From positions 1 to 48,481 of the forward strand of contig CAVKZU010000108.1 of the NCBI GenBank assembly GCA_963660725.1: DNA of 48,481 nucleotides. Reading direction: 5' to 3'. Numbering within the stretch: position 1 is the first letter of the stretch; the number at the start of each line of letters is the position of its first letter. Below the pieces are notes generated by a model. It saw only the letters and a list, made by a program, of their open reading frames with translations. It was not told the DNA's origin and made no database searches. Positions 19,472-28,405 of the stretch are shown piece by piece. The translations under genes and the position numbers were made by a program. Origin of the DNA: Lachnospiraceae bacterium (GTDB lineage: Bacteria > Bacillota_I > Bacilli_A > RFN20 > CAG-826).

Positions 19472-20479
19472 ATGAAAGTTTTATTATATTTTCAAAATTA
19501 TAACTTAATTACTAAAAGTGGAATTGGAAGAGCTTTAAAATTACAGATAAAAGCTTTAGAAAGTAATGGAATTGAATATACTTTAGATCCTAATGATACA
19601 TACGATATTGCACATATTAATACATATTGGGCAAAATCTTATAAAGTTTTAAAAAAATGTAAGAAAAAAGGAATTCCAGTTATTGTTCATGGACATAGTA
19701 TTGTAGAAGATATGGAAGGTAGTTTTAGATGTTGGAAACTCGCTAATATTTATACATCTCATCATATTATGAAAATGTATAGAAATGCTGATTTAATGAT
19801 TTCACCTACAAAGTTTTCTGCAAATGTCATTGAAAATTATAAAGGCGTAAACTGTAAAGTTATCCCTTTATCAAATGGAATTGATTTAAATGATTATTTA
19901 TATAGCGAAGATAAAATAAAGAAATTTTATGATTTTTTTAAGCTTTCAAAAGATAATAAAATTGTAATTGGAGTAGGAATTCCATTTGAAAGAAAAGGTT
20001 TTTTTGATTTTATTGAATGTGCTAAAAGAATGCCTGAAGTTACTTTTATATGGTTTGGTGGATTAAAAGAAATTCTTTTACCGGTTAAAAATGTAAATGC
20101 AATGAAACATTTACCAAAAAATATGATAATGCCAGGATATATCGATAATGATATTATTAAAGGTGCTTTTTTAGCATGTAACGTAACATTTTTCCCTTCT
20201 TTACTAGAAACTGAAGGTATTGTAGCAATTGAAGCTTTAGCAAGTCACTCTCCTTTATTAATTAGAGATATTGATGTTTATAAAGATTGGTTAACACATG
20301 AAGTTAATTGTTTTAAAGGTCATAATAATGATGAATTTGTAGAATTAATCAATAAAATTTGTTTAATGGATACTAAAGTTATTACTGATAATGGATATAA
20401 AGTTGCAGAAGAAAGAGAAATTAGTAAAATTGGTGCATCTTTAAAAGAAATCTATTCATCTTTATTAGAAAAAAAGTAA
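19472..20479 (+). CDS. GT4-family glycosyltransferase (possibly a glycolipid synthase)
   Basis: 335 aa with a GGAG RBS. SGIGRAL, VHGHS and PSLLETEGIVAIEALASHSPLLIRDI (the E-x7-E region) are typical of GT-B retaining transferases. Confidence 0.75.
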   Translation: MKVLLYFQNYNLITKSGIGRALKLQIKALESNGIEYTLDPNDTYDIAHINTYWAKSYKVLKKCKKKGIPVIVHGHSIVEDMEGSFRCWKLANIYTSHHIMKMYRNADLMISPTKFSANVIENYKGVNCKVIPLSNGIDLNDYLYSEDKIKKFYDFFKLSKDNKIVIGVGIPFERKGFFDFIECAKRMPEVTFIWFGGLKEILLPVKNVNAMKHLPKNMIMPGYIDNDIIKGAFLACNVTFFPSLLETEGIVAIEALASHSPLLIRDIDVYKDWLTHEVNCFKGHNNDEFVELINKICLMDTKVITDNGYKVAEEREISKIGASLKEIYSSLLEKK

Positions 20480-20510
20480 GCGATAAATTCGACGATTTTA
20501 AAAAAACTAG

Positions 20511-20539
20511 TTGATTTTTAGTTGTAGTTTTTGTATATT
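20511..20539 (+). promoter_or_regulatory. Sigma-70-type promoter for rpmE
   Basis: TTGATT, a 17-nt spacer, then TATATT with TG immediately upstream. It lies ~60 nt upstream of the rpmE ATG. Confidence 0.5.
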
Positions 20540-20597
20540 ATCTTTACATATGCTTTCTTTAATCATTGATTGATTAAGGCAGAAGGAGTTTAGAGAA

Positions 20598-20804
20598 ATG
20601 AAAAAAGGAATTCATCCAGCTTATCACAAATGCACAGTCACATGTGTCTCTTGTGGTCAAACATTTGAAACAGAATCAACATTAAAAGAAATCAGAGTTG
20701 ATACATGTAACAATTGCCACCCATTCTACACAGGCAAACAAAGATTTGTCCAAAGTGATGGTAGAGTTGATAAGTTCAATAAAAAATACGGATTTAAAAA
20801 GTAA
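20598..20804 (+). CDS. rpmE: 50S ribosomal protein L31 (zinc-binding type A)
   Basis: [10 protein letters not shown] start; the CVSCGQ and [12 protein letters not shown] Cys pairs; 68 aa. Confidence 0.95.
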   Translation: MKKGIHPAYHKCTVTCVSCGQTFETESTLKEIRVDTCNNCHPFYTGKQRFVQSDGRVDKFNKKYGFKK

Positions 20805-20808
20805 ATTA

Positions 20809-20836
20809 ATACCTACGTTATGTAGGTATTTTTTTA
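20809..20836 (+). terminator. Rho-independent terminator after rpmE
   Basis: Stem ATACCTAC / GTAGGTAT followed by a T7 run. Confidence 0.8.
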
Positions 20837-20849
20837 TATAATATAATAT

Positions 20850-21992
20850 ATGAAAAAAATCTATTGGTGTTTACAACAATTAAATAATATTGGTGGTACT
20901 GAAATGGTAACGCTTCAAATAATTAAAATGCTTCAAAATGATTATGAAATTCATTTAATTCCTTTTTCAAAAATCGATAAAAATAAAATTAAATATGAAT
21001 TACCAGAAAAAGTTATTATTGAAGATATTAATTTTAAAGATGAAATATCTCAATTTGATTTAAATTTTAATAAAAAAATATCAAATAAAGAATATGGAAA
21101 AGCTATAAAGTTATTATTTTCTTGCATAAATACATATGTTTTTAAACGATTTAAAATTAGAAAACAATTAGAAAAATTATCTAATAAAGATGATATTTTT
21201 ATATTTGCAAGTGGCGAACTTTTAATTTTTGCACCTTCTAATAGATTTATCATTCAACATTTTCACTTTAATTCTAAATTATATAAATCATTTGTATCTA
21301 AATTATTTAGATTGATATCAAAAAAACCGAATTATTATATATTTTTAAGTGAATCTACAAAAGAAAATATAGATAAAAAGAATAAAATGAATAGTTCTGT
21401 AATTTATAATCCTTCAAGATTTAAGCGAAAAGATAATTTCGATTATCATAATAACACTTTAATTTCGGTATGTAGATTTGAAAATCAAAAAGATCCTTTA
21501 ATGCTTTTAAAAATTGCAAAAGAATTAGATAAAAGGAATTTTAATTACGCTTTTAATATTTATGGTAATGGATCTTTAAAGAAAAAGATGGAAAAATATA
21601 TAAATAAGAATGATTTAAAAAATGTTCATTTAATTTCAGGAATATCTAAACTTGAACCTTATTATTTAGAGAGTGATTTATACATAATTACTTCTAAATT
21701 TGAAGGTTTTCCTCTTACTGTTATTGAAGCGAATACCTTATCAATCCCAGTAATTTGGAAAGAAATGAGTGATCCTACTAATTCAATTATGAAAAATGAT
21801 GTTAATGGATATATTATCGATAGTAACAATCCTTCACTTTTTGCGGATAAAATTATAGAAGTTTTATCTAATAAAGAAAAATTAAGAAAATTAAAAGAAA
21901 CTACTTACGAATTAAGTGAAAAATATCAAGAAGAGAATATTATAAATTCATGGAAGAGATTACTTGAAAAAATATTTGATAAAATTGATTAG
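20850..21992 (+). CDS. GT4-family glycosyltransferase
   Basis: 380 aa. SKFEGFPLTVIEANTLSIPVIW and VNGYII match the GT1/GT4 C-terminal signature. Confidence 0.8.
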   Translation: MKKIYWCLQQLNNIGGTEMVTLQIIKMLQNDYEIHLIPFSKIDKNKIKYELPEKVIIEDINFKDEISQFDLNFNKKISNKEYGKAIKLLFSCINTYVFKRFKIRKQLEKLSNKDDIFIFASGELLIFAPSNRFIIQHFHFNSKLYKSFVSKLFRLISKKPNYYIFLSESTKENIDKKNKMNSSVIYNPSRFKRKDNFDYHNNTLISVCRFENQKDPLMLLKIAKELDKRNFNYAFNIYGNGSLKKKMEKYINKNDLKNVHLISGISKLEPYYLESDLYIITSKFEGFPLTVIEANTLSIPVIWKEMSDPTNSIMKNDVNGYIIDSNNPSLFADKIIEVLSNKEKLRKLKETTYELSEKYQEENIINSWKRLLEKIFDKID

Positions 21993-22059
21993 ATTTTAAT
22001 GTCTTTAATTTAATTGTATGTTTAAAAATGATAAAATATTTAAGATTTGGAGATAGATT

Positions 22060-23652
22060 ATGAATAAAAAATGTTTTTATATTACTACACCTATTTATTA
22101 TCCTAGTGGAAATCCTCATATTGGACATGCTTATTGTACTACAATAAGCGATATTATTGCTCGTTATAAAAGAATGAGAGGATATGATGTTTTCTTTTTA
22201 ACAGGTACTGATGAACATGGTCAAAAAATTGAAAAAAATGCTAAAAAAGAAGGTTTAGAACCTCAAGAATATGTTGATAAAATTGTTGCTAATTTTAAAG
22301 TTTTATGGGAAAAATTAGAAATTTCTAATGATGATTTTATTAGAACAAGTGAAGAAAGACATATCAAATGTGTTCAATCTATTTTTTCAACATTTGTTAA
22401 AAATAATGATGTTTATTTAGGAAGCTATGAAGGATGGTATTGTACTCCATGTGAATCTTTCTGGACTGATACTCAAGTTGGTGAAAATCATATTTGTCCT
22501 GATTGTGGAAGAGCAGTTGAAAAGTCACATGAAGATTGCTATTTCTTTAAAACTACTAAATATTTAGATGAATTAAATAAATTATTTGAAAAAGATAAAT
22601 TTATTACCCCAGTTTCTAGAAAAAATGAAATGGTTAATAATTTTATTAAGCCAGGTCTTGAAGATTTATGTGTTTCAAGAACATCTTTTAAATGGGGAGT
22701 TCCAATTTTAGAAGATGATAGACATGTTGCTTATGTTTGGCTTGACGCATTAATTAATTATATTAGTGCTTTAGGTTATAGAAGTGAAGATGATTCATTA
22801 TTCCAAAAATTCTGGAATAATCCTGATTGTGAAATTGTTCACGTTATTGGTGCTGATATTACAAGATTCCATACTATTTATTGGCCTGAATTCTTATTTG
22901 CTTTAAATTTAAGAGCACCATCTAGAGTATTCGTCCATGGATTACTCATGATGAAAGATGGAAAAATGTCAAAATCAAAAGGAAATGTTATTTCACCATA
23001 CCCATTAATTGAAAAATATGGTGTAGATACTGTTAGATATTATTTAGCTCGTGAAATTATTTTTGGTCAAGATGGTCAATTTACTCCAGAACAATATGTC
23101 GAAAGAGTAAATATGGATCTTGCTAATAATTTTGGTAATTTAGTATCAAGATCAATTTCAATGGTAAGTAAATATTTTGAAGGAAAAGTACCTGAATTTA
23201 AATCAAACATTTCCCAATTTGATAATGAAGTTGAAGAATTAATTAAATTAACTATTTCAAATTATGAAATTAAAATGGATGATTTAAAAGTTACTGAAGC
23301 AATTGTTGATGTAATGAATTTATTAAATAGAGCTAATAAATTAATTGAAGAAGAAGCTCCATGGAATTTAGCAAAAGATGAATCTAAAAAAGAAGAATTA
23401 GAATCATTAATGGCACATCTTTTATACATTATCTTTGTTTCAACTAAATTACTTGAACCAATCTTAGTAGAAAAGAGTAAAGCAATTTTTGAAGCATTAG
23501 ATGCAGTTAATGAATCTAAAGATTACGAAAATATTAAAAATATCCATATTTTAGATAATAAAGTTGTTACAAAAACAGAAGTTTTATTCCCAAGACTTGA
23601 TGTTAATAAAGAAGTTGAATATATAAAAGGTTTAATGCCTAAAAATCAATAG
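22060..23652 (+). CDS. metG: Methionyl-tRNA synthetase (short form, no C-terminal tRNA-binding domain)
   Basis: HIGH motif PHIGHAY, KMSKS motif KMSKSKGN, and a Zn knuckle CTPCESF...CPDCGR. Confidence 0.95.
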   Translation: MNKKCFYITTPIYYPSGNPHIGHAYCTTISDIIARYKRMRGYDVFFLTGTDEHGQKIEKNAKKEGLEPQEYVDKIVANFKVLWEKLEISNDDFIRTSEERHIKCVQSIFSTFVKNNDVYLGSYEGWYCTPCESFWTDTQVGENHICPDCGRAVEKSHEDCYFFKTTKYLDELNKLFEKDKFITPVSRKNEMVNNFIKPGLEDLCVSRTSFKWGVPILEDDRHVAYVWLDALINYISALGYRSEDDSLFQKFWNNPDCEIVHVIGADITRFHTIYWPEFLFALNLRAPSRVFVHGLLMMKDGKMSKSKGNVISPYPLIEKYGVDTVRYYLAREIIFGQDGQFTPEQYVERVNMDLANNFGNLVSRSISMVSKYFEGKVPEFKSNISQFDNEVEELIKLTISNYEIKMDDLKVTEAIVDVMNLLNRANKLIEEEAPWNLAKDESKKEELESLMAHLLYIIFVSTKLLEPILVEKSKAIFEALDAVNESKDYENIKNIHILDNKVVTKTEVLFPRLDVNKEVEYIKGLMPKNQ

Positions 23653-23659
23653 GTAAAAA

Positions 23660-25081
23660 ATGAAAAAAGTTATTAATAAAAAAGAAAATAAGAAAGATAA
23701 CAAAAAAGATTTCAAGAAAGAAAATAAAATTGAAACAATTTCAGTAAAATGTGTTGATTTTACTTTTGATGGACAAGGTTTATGCAAAGATAAAGAAGGA
23801 ATAGTTTATTTTGTACCATCTTTATTAATTGATGAAGAAGCTGAAATTGAAGTTCTATATCATAAAAAAGATTTTAATGTTGGAAAAATTAGAAAAATTA
23901 CTAAATTTTCTCCATATAGAATTAAACCTTTATGTGGATGTTCAACTGCATGTGGAGGATGTTCTTTCCAAAATCTTTTATATGAAAAAGAATTGGAATA
24001 TAAAAAGAATACTGCTGTTAAAACTTTAACTCAAATTGGCAAAATTAAGGTTGTTAATCCAACTATTACTGGTATGGAAGAACCTACTTATTATCGTAAT
24101 AAAATTCAAGTTCCTTTTGGATATGATAAACAAAAAAGATTAGTTTATGGTTTCTATAAAATGAAATCTCATGATATTATTCCAATTACTGAATGTGTTA
24201 TTGAAGATAAAGTCCATATTTCTATCTTACAAGATATCAAAAAGTTAATGGAATCAATGAAAATCACTCCATATAATGAAGATATTGATAAAGGTACTAT
24301 TAGACATATTTTAATTAGAGTTGGTAAAGTATCTGGTGAAATAATGCTTGTTCTTGTTACTCGTGAGAAAAATTTCTTTAGTAAAGCAAATTTTGTTAAA
24401 GAATTAAAAAAATTACATCCTGAAATTACTACTATTGTTCAAAATATTAACGAAAGAAGAACGAATGTTATTTTAGGTGAAAAAGAAGAAGTTTTATATG
24501 GTAAAGGATTTATTTATGATTCTTTATTAGGTGTTAATTTTAAAATTTCTTCTAAATCTTTCTATCAAGTTAATCATGATCAATGTGAAAAATTATATTC
24601 TTTAGCATTAACAAAAGCTCGTTTAACTAAAGAAGATGAAATAGTTGATTTATATTGTGGAATTGGAACTATTTCTTTAATCGCTAGTAAATATGTTAAA
24701 AATGTTGTTGGTGTTGAAATTGTTAAAGAAGCAATTATTGATGCTAAAAATAATGCAAAATTAAATAATATTAATAATGCTAATTTCTTGTGTGATGATG
24801 CTAGTAATTTTTTAATGAAAAAAGCATATGATTGTGTATTTATTGATCCTCCAAGAAAAGGATTAGATCCTAAAGTCGTTAAAGCTTTAATGAATTCTCA
24901 TCCAAAGAAGATTATTTATATTTCTTGTGACGTAGGAACTTTAGCAAGAGATTTAAATTTATTAAAGAAAAATTATGAAATTGATTCAATTGATTTTGTA
25001 GATATGTTCCCTAGAACTTATCATATTGAAACAGTTGCAGCATTAAGTCTAAAAGGCTTAAAAGATAGTAAAAAACGTTAA
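23660..25081 (+). CDS. rlmCD: 23S rRNA (uracil-C5)-methyltransferase, RumA/RlmCD family
   Basis: N-terminal TRAM-like domain, 4Fe-4S Cys cluster CGCSTACGGCSFQ, SAM motif DLYCGIGTISL, DPPRKG, and catalytic Cys in YISCD. Confidence 0.85.
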   Translation: MKKVINKKENKKDNKKDFKKENKIETISVKCVDFTFDGQGLCKDKEGIVYFVPSLLIDEEAEIEVLYHKKDFNVGKIRKITKFSPYRIKPLCGCSTACGGCSFQNLLYEKELEYKKNTAVKTLTQIGKIKVVNPTITGMEEPTYYRNKIQVPFGYDKQKRLVYGFYKMKSHDIIPITECVIEDKVHISILQDIKKLMESMKITPYNEDIDKGTIRHILIRVGKVSGEIMLVLVTREKNFFSKANFVKELKKLHPEITTIVQNINERRTNVILGEKEEVLYGKGFIYDSLLGVNFKISSKSFYQVNHDQCEKLYSLALTKARLTKEDEIVDLYCGIGTISLIASKYVKNVVGVEIVKEAIIDAKNNAKLNNINNANFLCDDASNFLMKKAYDCVFIDPPRKGLDPKVVKALMNSHPKKIIYISCDVGTLARDLNLLKKNYEIDSIDFVDMFPRTYHIETVAALSLKGLKDSKKR

Positions 25082-25087
25082 AAAGTA

Positions 25088-25121
25088 AAAGACTTGCCAT
25101 ATTATTTGACAAGCCTTTTTT
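25088..25121. terminator. Weak bidirectional hairpin between convergent genes
   Basis: GACTTGCCA / TGACAAGCC forms 7 of 9 pairs and is flanked by A- and T-runs. Confidence 0.4.
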
Positions 25122-26494
25122 TAATCTTTCCATTCTTTAATAATTACAGGATTAGATAAATTTGAAAATTTATAAATTATTTCTTTCTTTTCTATATCTT
25201 TTTGAATTGTATAGGGGATATCATTGTTTTTATTAAAAACTTTAAGTACATAATCTTCTGCTTTTTCAATTGAAAAGAATTGAGAAAGTACATTTCCATC
25301 ATGTTCTACATAACAATTTGCTATTTCTCTATATTTAGATTTTAATCTTTTTGTTTTTATATGTAGATATGGTCTAATTACTCCATGCGATAATAAATCA
25401 TCATTAAAATAATCATAAGCAAGATTTACTTGTTCTTTAATTTTATCTAAATTTAATGAAGGATTATATTTTTCAATTGCTTTTATTATATCAACAAGAG
25501 GAACTCTCCAAGTATCAACATCCCAATCATCTCTATTTATAGGTCCATAATCATCATTTTTTGGTAAAATTTTATTGTAACTAAAAAATAATTTTGAATC
25601 TTTACTAATGTGATTGGAAAAAGGAGATCTTATAATTGCGACATCTTTAATTCCTTTTAAATTATAGAACCAATTTCTATATGAATAATTTAAATAATAC
25701 CATTCTGGAAGATCATCTTGTTTTAGTTTTGTTTTTCTTCTTGTTTCCCAATTTCTTAAATATCCATCATCTTCTTCATCGTATTCTAAAGTTAAAAGAT
25801 TATATTTAATTTCTTTTGTACCATTATTCATTATTGGAATTTCTTTTATTTCGTTATAAAAACAACGAGAAGTTCCTAATATTTTATCAAAATGATAATG
25901 TCCAAAATACCAATTTGAGAACATAGCCTTTTCTTTTATTTTTTCTAAAAGTTTTGTATTTTCGTCTTCTTCAAAATTTGGAAACATTTTTTTCAATGTA
26001 GATGAAGGAGCACAATGTGTTAAGACAAAATCAACTTTATAATCATATTTTTCTAAATTTTTAATAGCGTTATTATAATCATTTAATGTAATGTCTTCAT
26101 CTTTCCAATAAGAAATGTGTTCTTTTCTATAAATTTTATCGATTGATCTAGCTCCACCAATACATAAAAAAGTTAAATCATTTAATTGTAAAATTTCTCC
26201 CCTTAATATGTGATAAATATTTTTGGTTATTCTATGTGCTTTTGCATTATGAAACAAAACAACAGGATAAGTACCTAATAAATCAAAATTTTCATGATTT
26301 CCATCAATAAAAATGATGGTAGGTCCAACTAATTCATACTTTAATAAAATGTCTTCATTATCTTTATCCCAAATAATTCCAGCATCCCCTAAAATAATTA
26401 AATAATCTTTTTCGGAGCAATAAATAGTGCGAAAATAATTTTTAATTTTATCAAAATCTATTTCACCATGCGTATCACCTGTTATGTAAATCAT
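25121..26494 (-). CDS. Calcineurin-like metallophosphoesterase fused to a ~240-aa C-terminal domain of unknown function
   Basis: 457 aa with a GGAGG RBS. N-terminal motifs: ITGDTHG, ILGDAG, DGNHENF, LTHCAP, GHYHFD. The C-terminal half (nt 25121-25849) is W/Y/D-rich and has no motif I recognise. Confidence 0.75.
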   Translation of the reverse strand: MIYITGDTHGEIDFDKIKNYFRTIYCSEKDYLIILGDAGIIWDKDNEDILLKYELVGPTIIFIDGNHENFDLLGTYPVVLFHNAKAHRITKNIYHILRGEILQLNDLTFLCIGGARSIDKIYRKEHISYWKDEDITLNDYNNAIKNLEKYDYKVDFVLTHCAPSSTLKKMFPNFEEDENTKLLEKIKEKAMFSNWYFGHYHFDKILGTSRCFYNEIKEIPIMNNGTKEIKYNLLTLEYDEEDDGYLRNWETRRKTKLKQDDLPEWYYLNYSYRNWFYNLKGIKDVAIIRSPFSNHISKDSKLFFSYNKILPKNDDYGPINRDDWDVDTWRVPLVDIIKAIEKYNPSLNLDKIKEQVNLAYDYFNDDLLSHGVIRPYLHIKTKRLKSKYREIANCYVEHDGNVLSQFFSIEKAEDYVLKVFNKNNDIPYTIQKDIEKKEIIYKFSNLSNPVIIKEWKD

Positions 26495-26522
26495 TAAAAT
26501 ACCTCCATAAAAAATACAACAA

Positions 26523-26537
26523 TTGTATTATTTACAA
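26523..26537. promoter_or_regulatory. Candidate operator TTGTA-N5-TACAA just downstream of a TATAAT box, upstream of the metallophosphoesterase gene
   Basis: Palindrome TTGTAttattTACAA. An extra TACAA half-site lies at 26515-26519. The minus-strand -10 TATAAT is at 26542-26547. Confidence 0.45.
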
Positions 26538-26577
26538 AAATATTATATTAATATATTGATTTTATATAAAGAACTTT

Positions 26578-26862
26578 TTAATTTTTATTCATATTTTTAA
26601 TAAAATCATTTAATTGTATTAAAAGATTGTTATAATCTTCACTATGCTTATTAGGATTATTTTTATGTTTATTATTTAATAATTCATCTAAACTAACATC
26701 ATATATAGAACTCATTTTTAATAAAGTTGAAATATTTGGTTCAGTTCTATCGGTTTCGTAATTTGCTAATTGATAATTTTTAACACCTAATAAATCAGCT
26801 GCTTGTTTTTGAGTTAATTCCGCTTTTTCCCTATAAAATCTAAATCTATCACCTAAATTCAT
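26578..26862 (-). CDS. XRE-family helix-turn-helix transcriptional regulator
   Basis: 94 aa. FRFYREKAELTQKQAADLLGVKNYQLANYETDRTEPNISTLLKMSSIYDVSLDELL is a classic Cro/C1 HTH. GAGG RBS. Confidence 0.85.
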   Translation of the reverse strand: MNLGDRFRFYREKAELTQKQAADLLGVKNYQLANYETDRTEPNISTLLKMSSIYDVSLDELLNNKHKNNPNKHSEDYNNLLIQLNDFIKNMNKN

Positions 26863-26893
26863 CTTTTTACCTCAAAAATATAATAATTAAAAG

Positions 26894-26908
26894 TTGTAAT
26901 TTTTACAA
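26894..26908. promoter_or_regulatory. Candidate operator TTGTA-N5-TACAA overlapping the -35 region of the XRE gene promoter
   Basis: Palindrome (G)TTGTAattttTACAA(C), 32-46 nt upstream of the XRE ATG. It has the same architecture as the site at 26523-26537. It sits in the divergent region shared with the Sfp-type PPTase gene. Confidence 0.45.
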
Positions 26909-26965
26909 CAAAATTTTTATCTTTAAAATAGTATAAAATTAACATTTAGAATATAATTTTAAATC

Positions 26966-27565
26966 ATGATGAAGATTTATTTAGTAAATATTAATTCAAT
27001 AAAAGAAAGTGATGTAAAAGAATTAAGTGAATATAGAATTAAAAAAGCTAATAATTTTAAGAATGAAAATGATAAACTTTTATCTTTAGCTGCTGGAATT
27101 GCATTAAATCAAGGATTAAAAGAATTTAACTTAAAGGAAAAAGATTTAATTATAAAAGAAAATCAGTTTGGAAAACCAATTTTTGAAAGTAAAAAGGACA
27201 TAAAATTTAATATATCTCATTCAAAAGATACAGTAATTGCGGTTATTTCAAATAAAGAAGTAGGATGTGATGTTGAAAAATTAAGAAAATATAATGAAAA
27301 TATTATTAAGAAATATTTTTCTAATGAAGAAATTGATTTTATTAAAACAAGTAAAAATAAAGATGAAGCATTTACAAGAATTTGGACTTTAAAAGAAAGT
27401 TTTTTAAAAGCTGTTGGAATAGGATTAATTCAACATATGAATGAAATTTCCATTATTCCAAAAGATGATTTTATTGAAATAGATCAAAATATTGATAATA
27501 GAAAATGGGTTTTAAAAGAAGTTCAAATTGATGATAATTATATTGCAGTGTGTGAAGAATATTAA
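26966..27565 (+). CDS. Sfp-type 4'-phosphopantetheinyl transferase
   Basis: 199 aa. Motifs: FGKP, KFNISHSKD, GCDVEK, IWTLKESFLKAVG (W-x-x-KE-x-x-x-K). A TATAAT box ends 8 nt before the ATG and there is no SD, so the mRNA may be leaderless. Confidence 0.85.
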   Translation: MMKIYLVNINSIKESDVKELSEYRIKKANNFKNENDKLLSLAAGIALNQGLKEFNLKEKDLIIKENQFGKPIFESKKDIKFNISHSKDTVIAVISNKEVGCDVEKLRKYNENIIKKYFSNEEIDFIKTSKNKDEAFTRIWTLKESFLKAVGIGLIQHMNEISIIPKDDFIEIDQNIDNRKWVLKEVQIDDNYIAVCEEY

Positions 27566-27650
27566 AAATATGCCAAACAGTAAAATGCAAATTAAATATG
27601 TATGTTTTATATAATGTGATATAATAGAACAAATTTAGGAGGGTTTAGAG

Positions 27651-28013
27651 ATGAAAACAGCTATTAAAGTTTTTGAAATTTTAGCAATTGTTTTTGCTAC
27701 ATTCACTAGTGTTTTATTAATTTTTATTCTTGTTGGCTTATTTAGTGGGAACGAACAAGTTATTGAATCTTTAATTAAACAAAGTGGTGATGCTTTAACT
27801 GAAGCAACTCGTAACCAATTAATTGTTTCATTCAAAGTAAGTTATTCAATTATGCTTGTTTGGGAAATTGTTAGAATTGTCATTGCTTCATTAACTTTAA
27901 AGAAAGTTAAAAATCCAATTGAACATAAACCTATTTGTTTAGGCATTCTTAACATTTTCTTCGGAAGTTTTGTTGGCGGAATTTTACTTTTCTTTTTAGA
28001 ACCTGGAGAATAA
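27651..28013 (+). CDS. Small membrane protein (3-4 TM), unknown function
   Basis: 120 aa with a GGAGGG RBS and hydrophobic segments. No motif recognised. Confidence 0.6.
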   Translation: MKTAIKVFEILAIVFATFTSVLLIFILVGLFSGNEQVIESLIKQSGDALTEATRNQLIVSFKVSYSIMLVWEIVRIVIASLTLKKVKNPIEHKPICLGILNIFFGSFVGGILLFFLEPGE

Positions 28014-28022
28014 ATATTAAAA

Positions 28023-28060
28023 AAAGCCTGTTCAGTTTAATTTGAACGGGCTTTATTTTT
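28023..28060. terminator. Bidirectional rho-independent terminator
   Basis: Stem GCCTGTTCA / TGAACGGGC (one G-U pair), flanked by an A-run and a T-run. It overlaps the last codons of the minus-strand YgbA-like gene. Confidence 0.65.
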
Positions 28061-28405
28061 ATTTTCTTTCTTTAATTTTCTTTTGTATTTAATAGTTTGT
28101 ACTACATGTGACATGGCGTATAAAGGATGAGAAAATAATAGCATTGGTCCACTATATCTCATAACTTTTTTAATTTTTTCTCTATTTTCAGGAGTATAAC
28201 AATGTACTTTGCAAGTTGAACAAAAAGATTTATTTTTCTTGAAAGGACATTTTTCAAGTCTAAACAAAGCATATTCAGTTAATTCCTTACATTCAGTACA
28301 AATATTATCACCTTTGGTATGATGATAATGATGACAATACATTTTAATCATGATTGGGATCATTTTCTTTTGTTTTTCCCACGATTTTAATTCTTTATTC
28401 TTCAT
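28037..28405 (-). CDS. Nitrous-oxide-stimulated promoter (YgbA_NO) family Cys-rich protein
   Basis: 122 aa. YCHHYHH...CTECKEL...CPFKKNKSFCSTCKVHCY...MRYSGPMLLFSHP matches the YgbA_NO family pattern. Its ATG lies inside the last codons of the upstream ABC gene. Confidence 0.75.
   Translation of the reverse strand: MKNKELKSWEKQKKMIPIMIKMYCHHYHHTKGDNICTECKELTEYALFRLEKCPFKKNKSFCSTCKVHCYTPENREKIKKVMRYSGPMLLFSHPLYAMSHVVQTIKYKRKLKKENKNKARSN

Noticed and set aside
20540-20597. Possible autoregulatory leader hairpin (CTTTAATCA / TGATTAAGG) in the rpmE 5' UTR.
   Set aside because: The stem is short, imperfect and AT-rich, and I cannot tell it apart from chance.
21993-22059. T-box or other leader upstream of metG; the same was considered for serS at 6041.
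   Set aside because: The upstream spaces are only 67 nt for metG and negative (an overlap) for serS. That is far too short for a T-box riboswitch.
25121-26862. Reading the XRE plus metallophosphoesterase pair as a prophage remnant.
   Set aside because: There are no flanking phage structural, replication or integrase genes and no repeats. The flanking genes are ordinary chromosomal genes with intact terminators. The pair is reported above as an accessory module instead.
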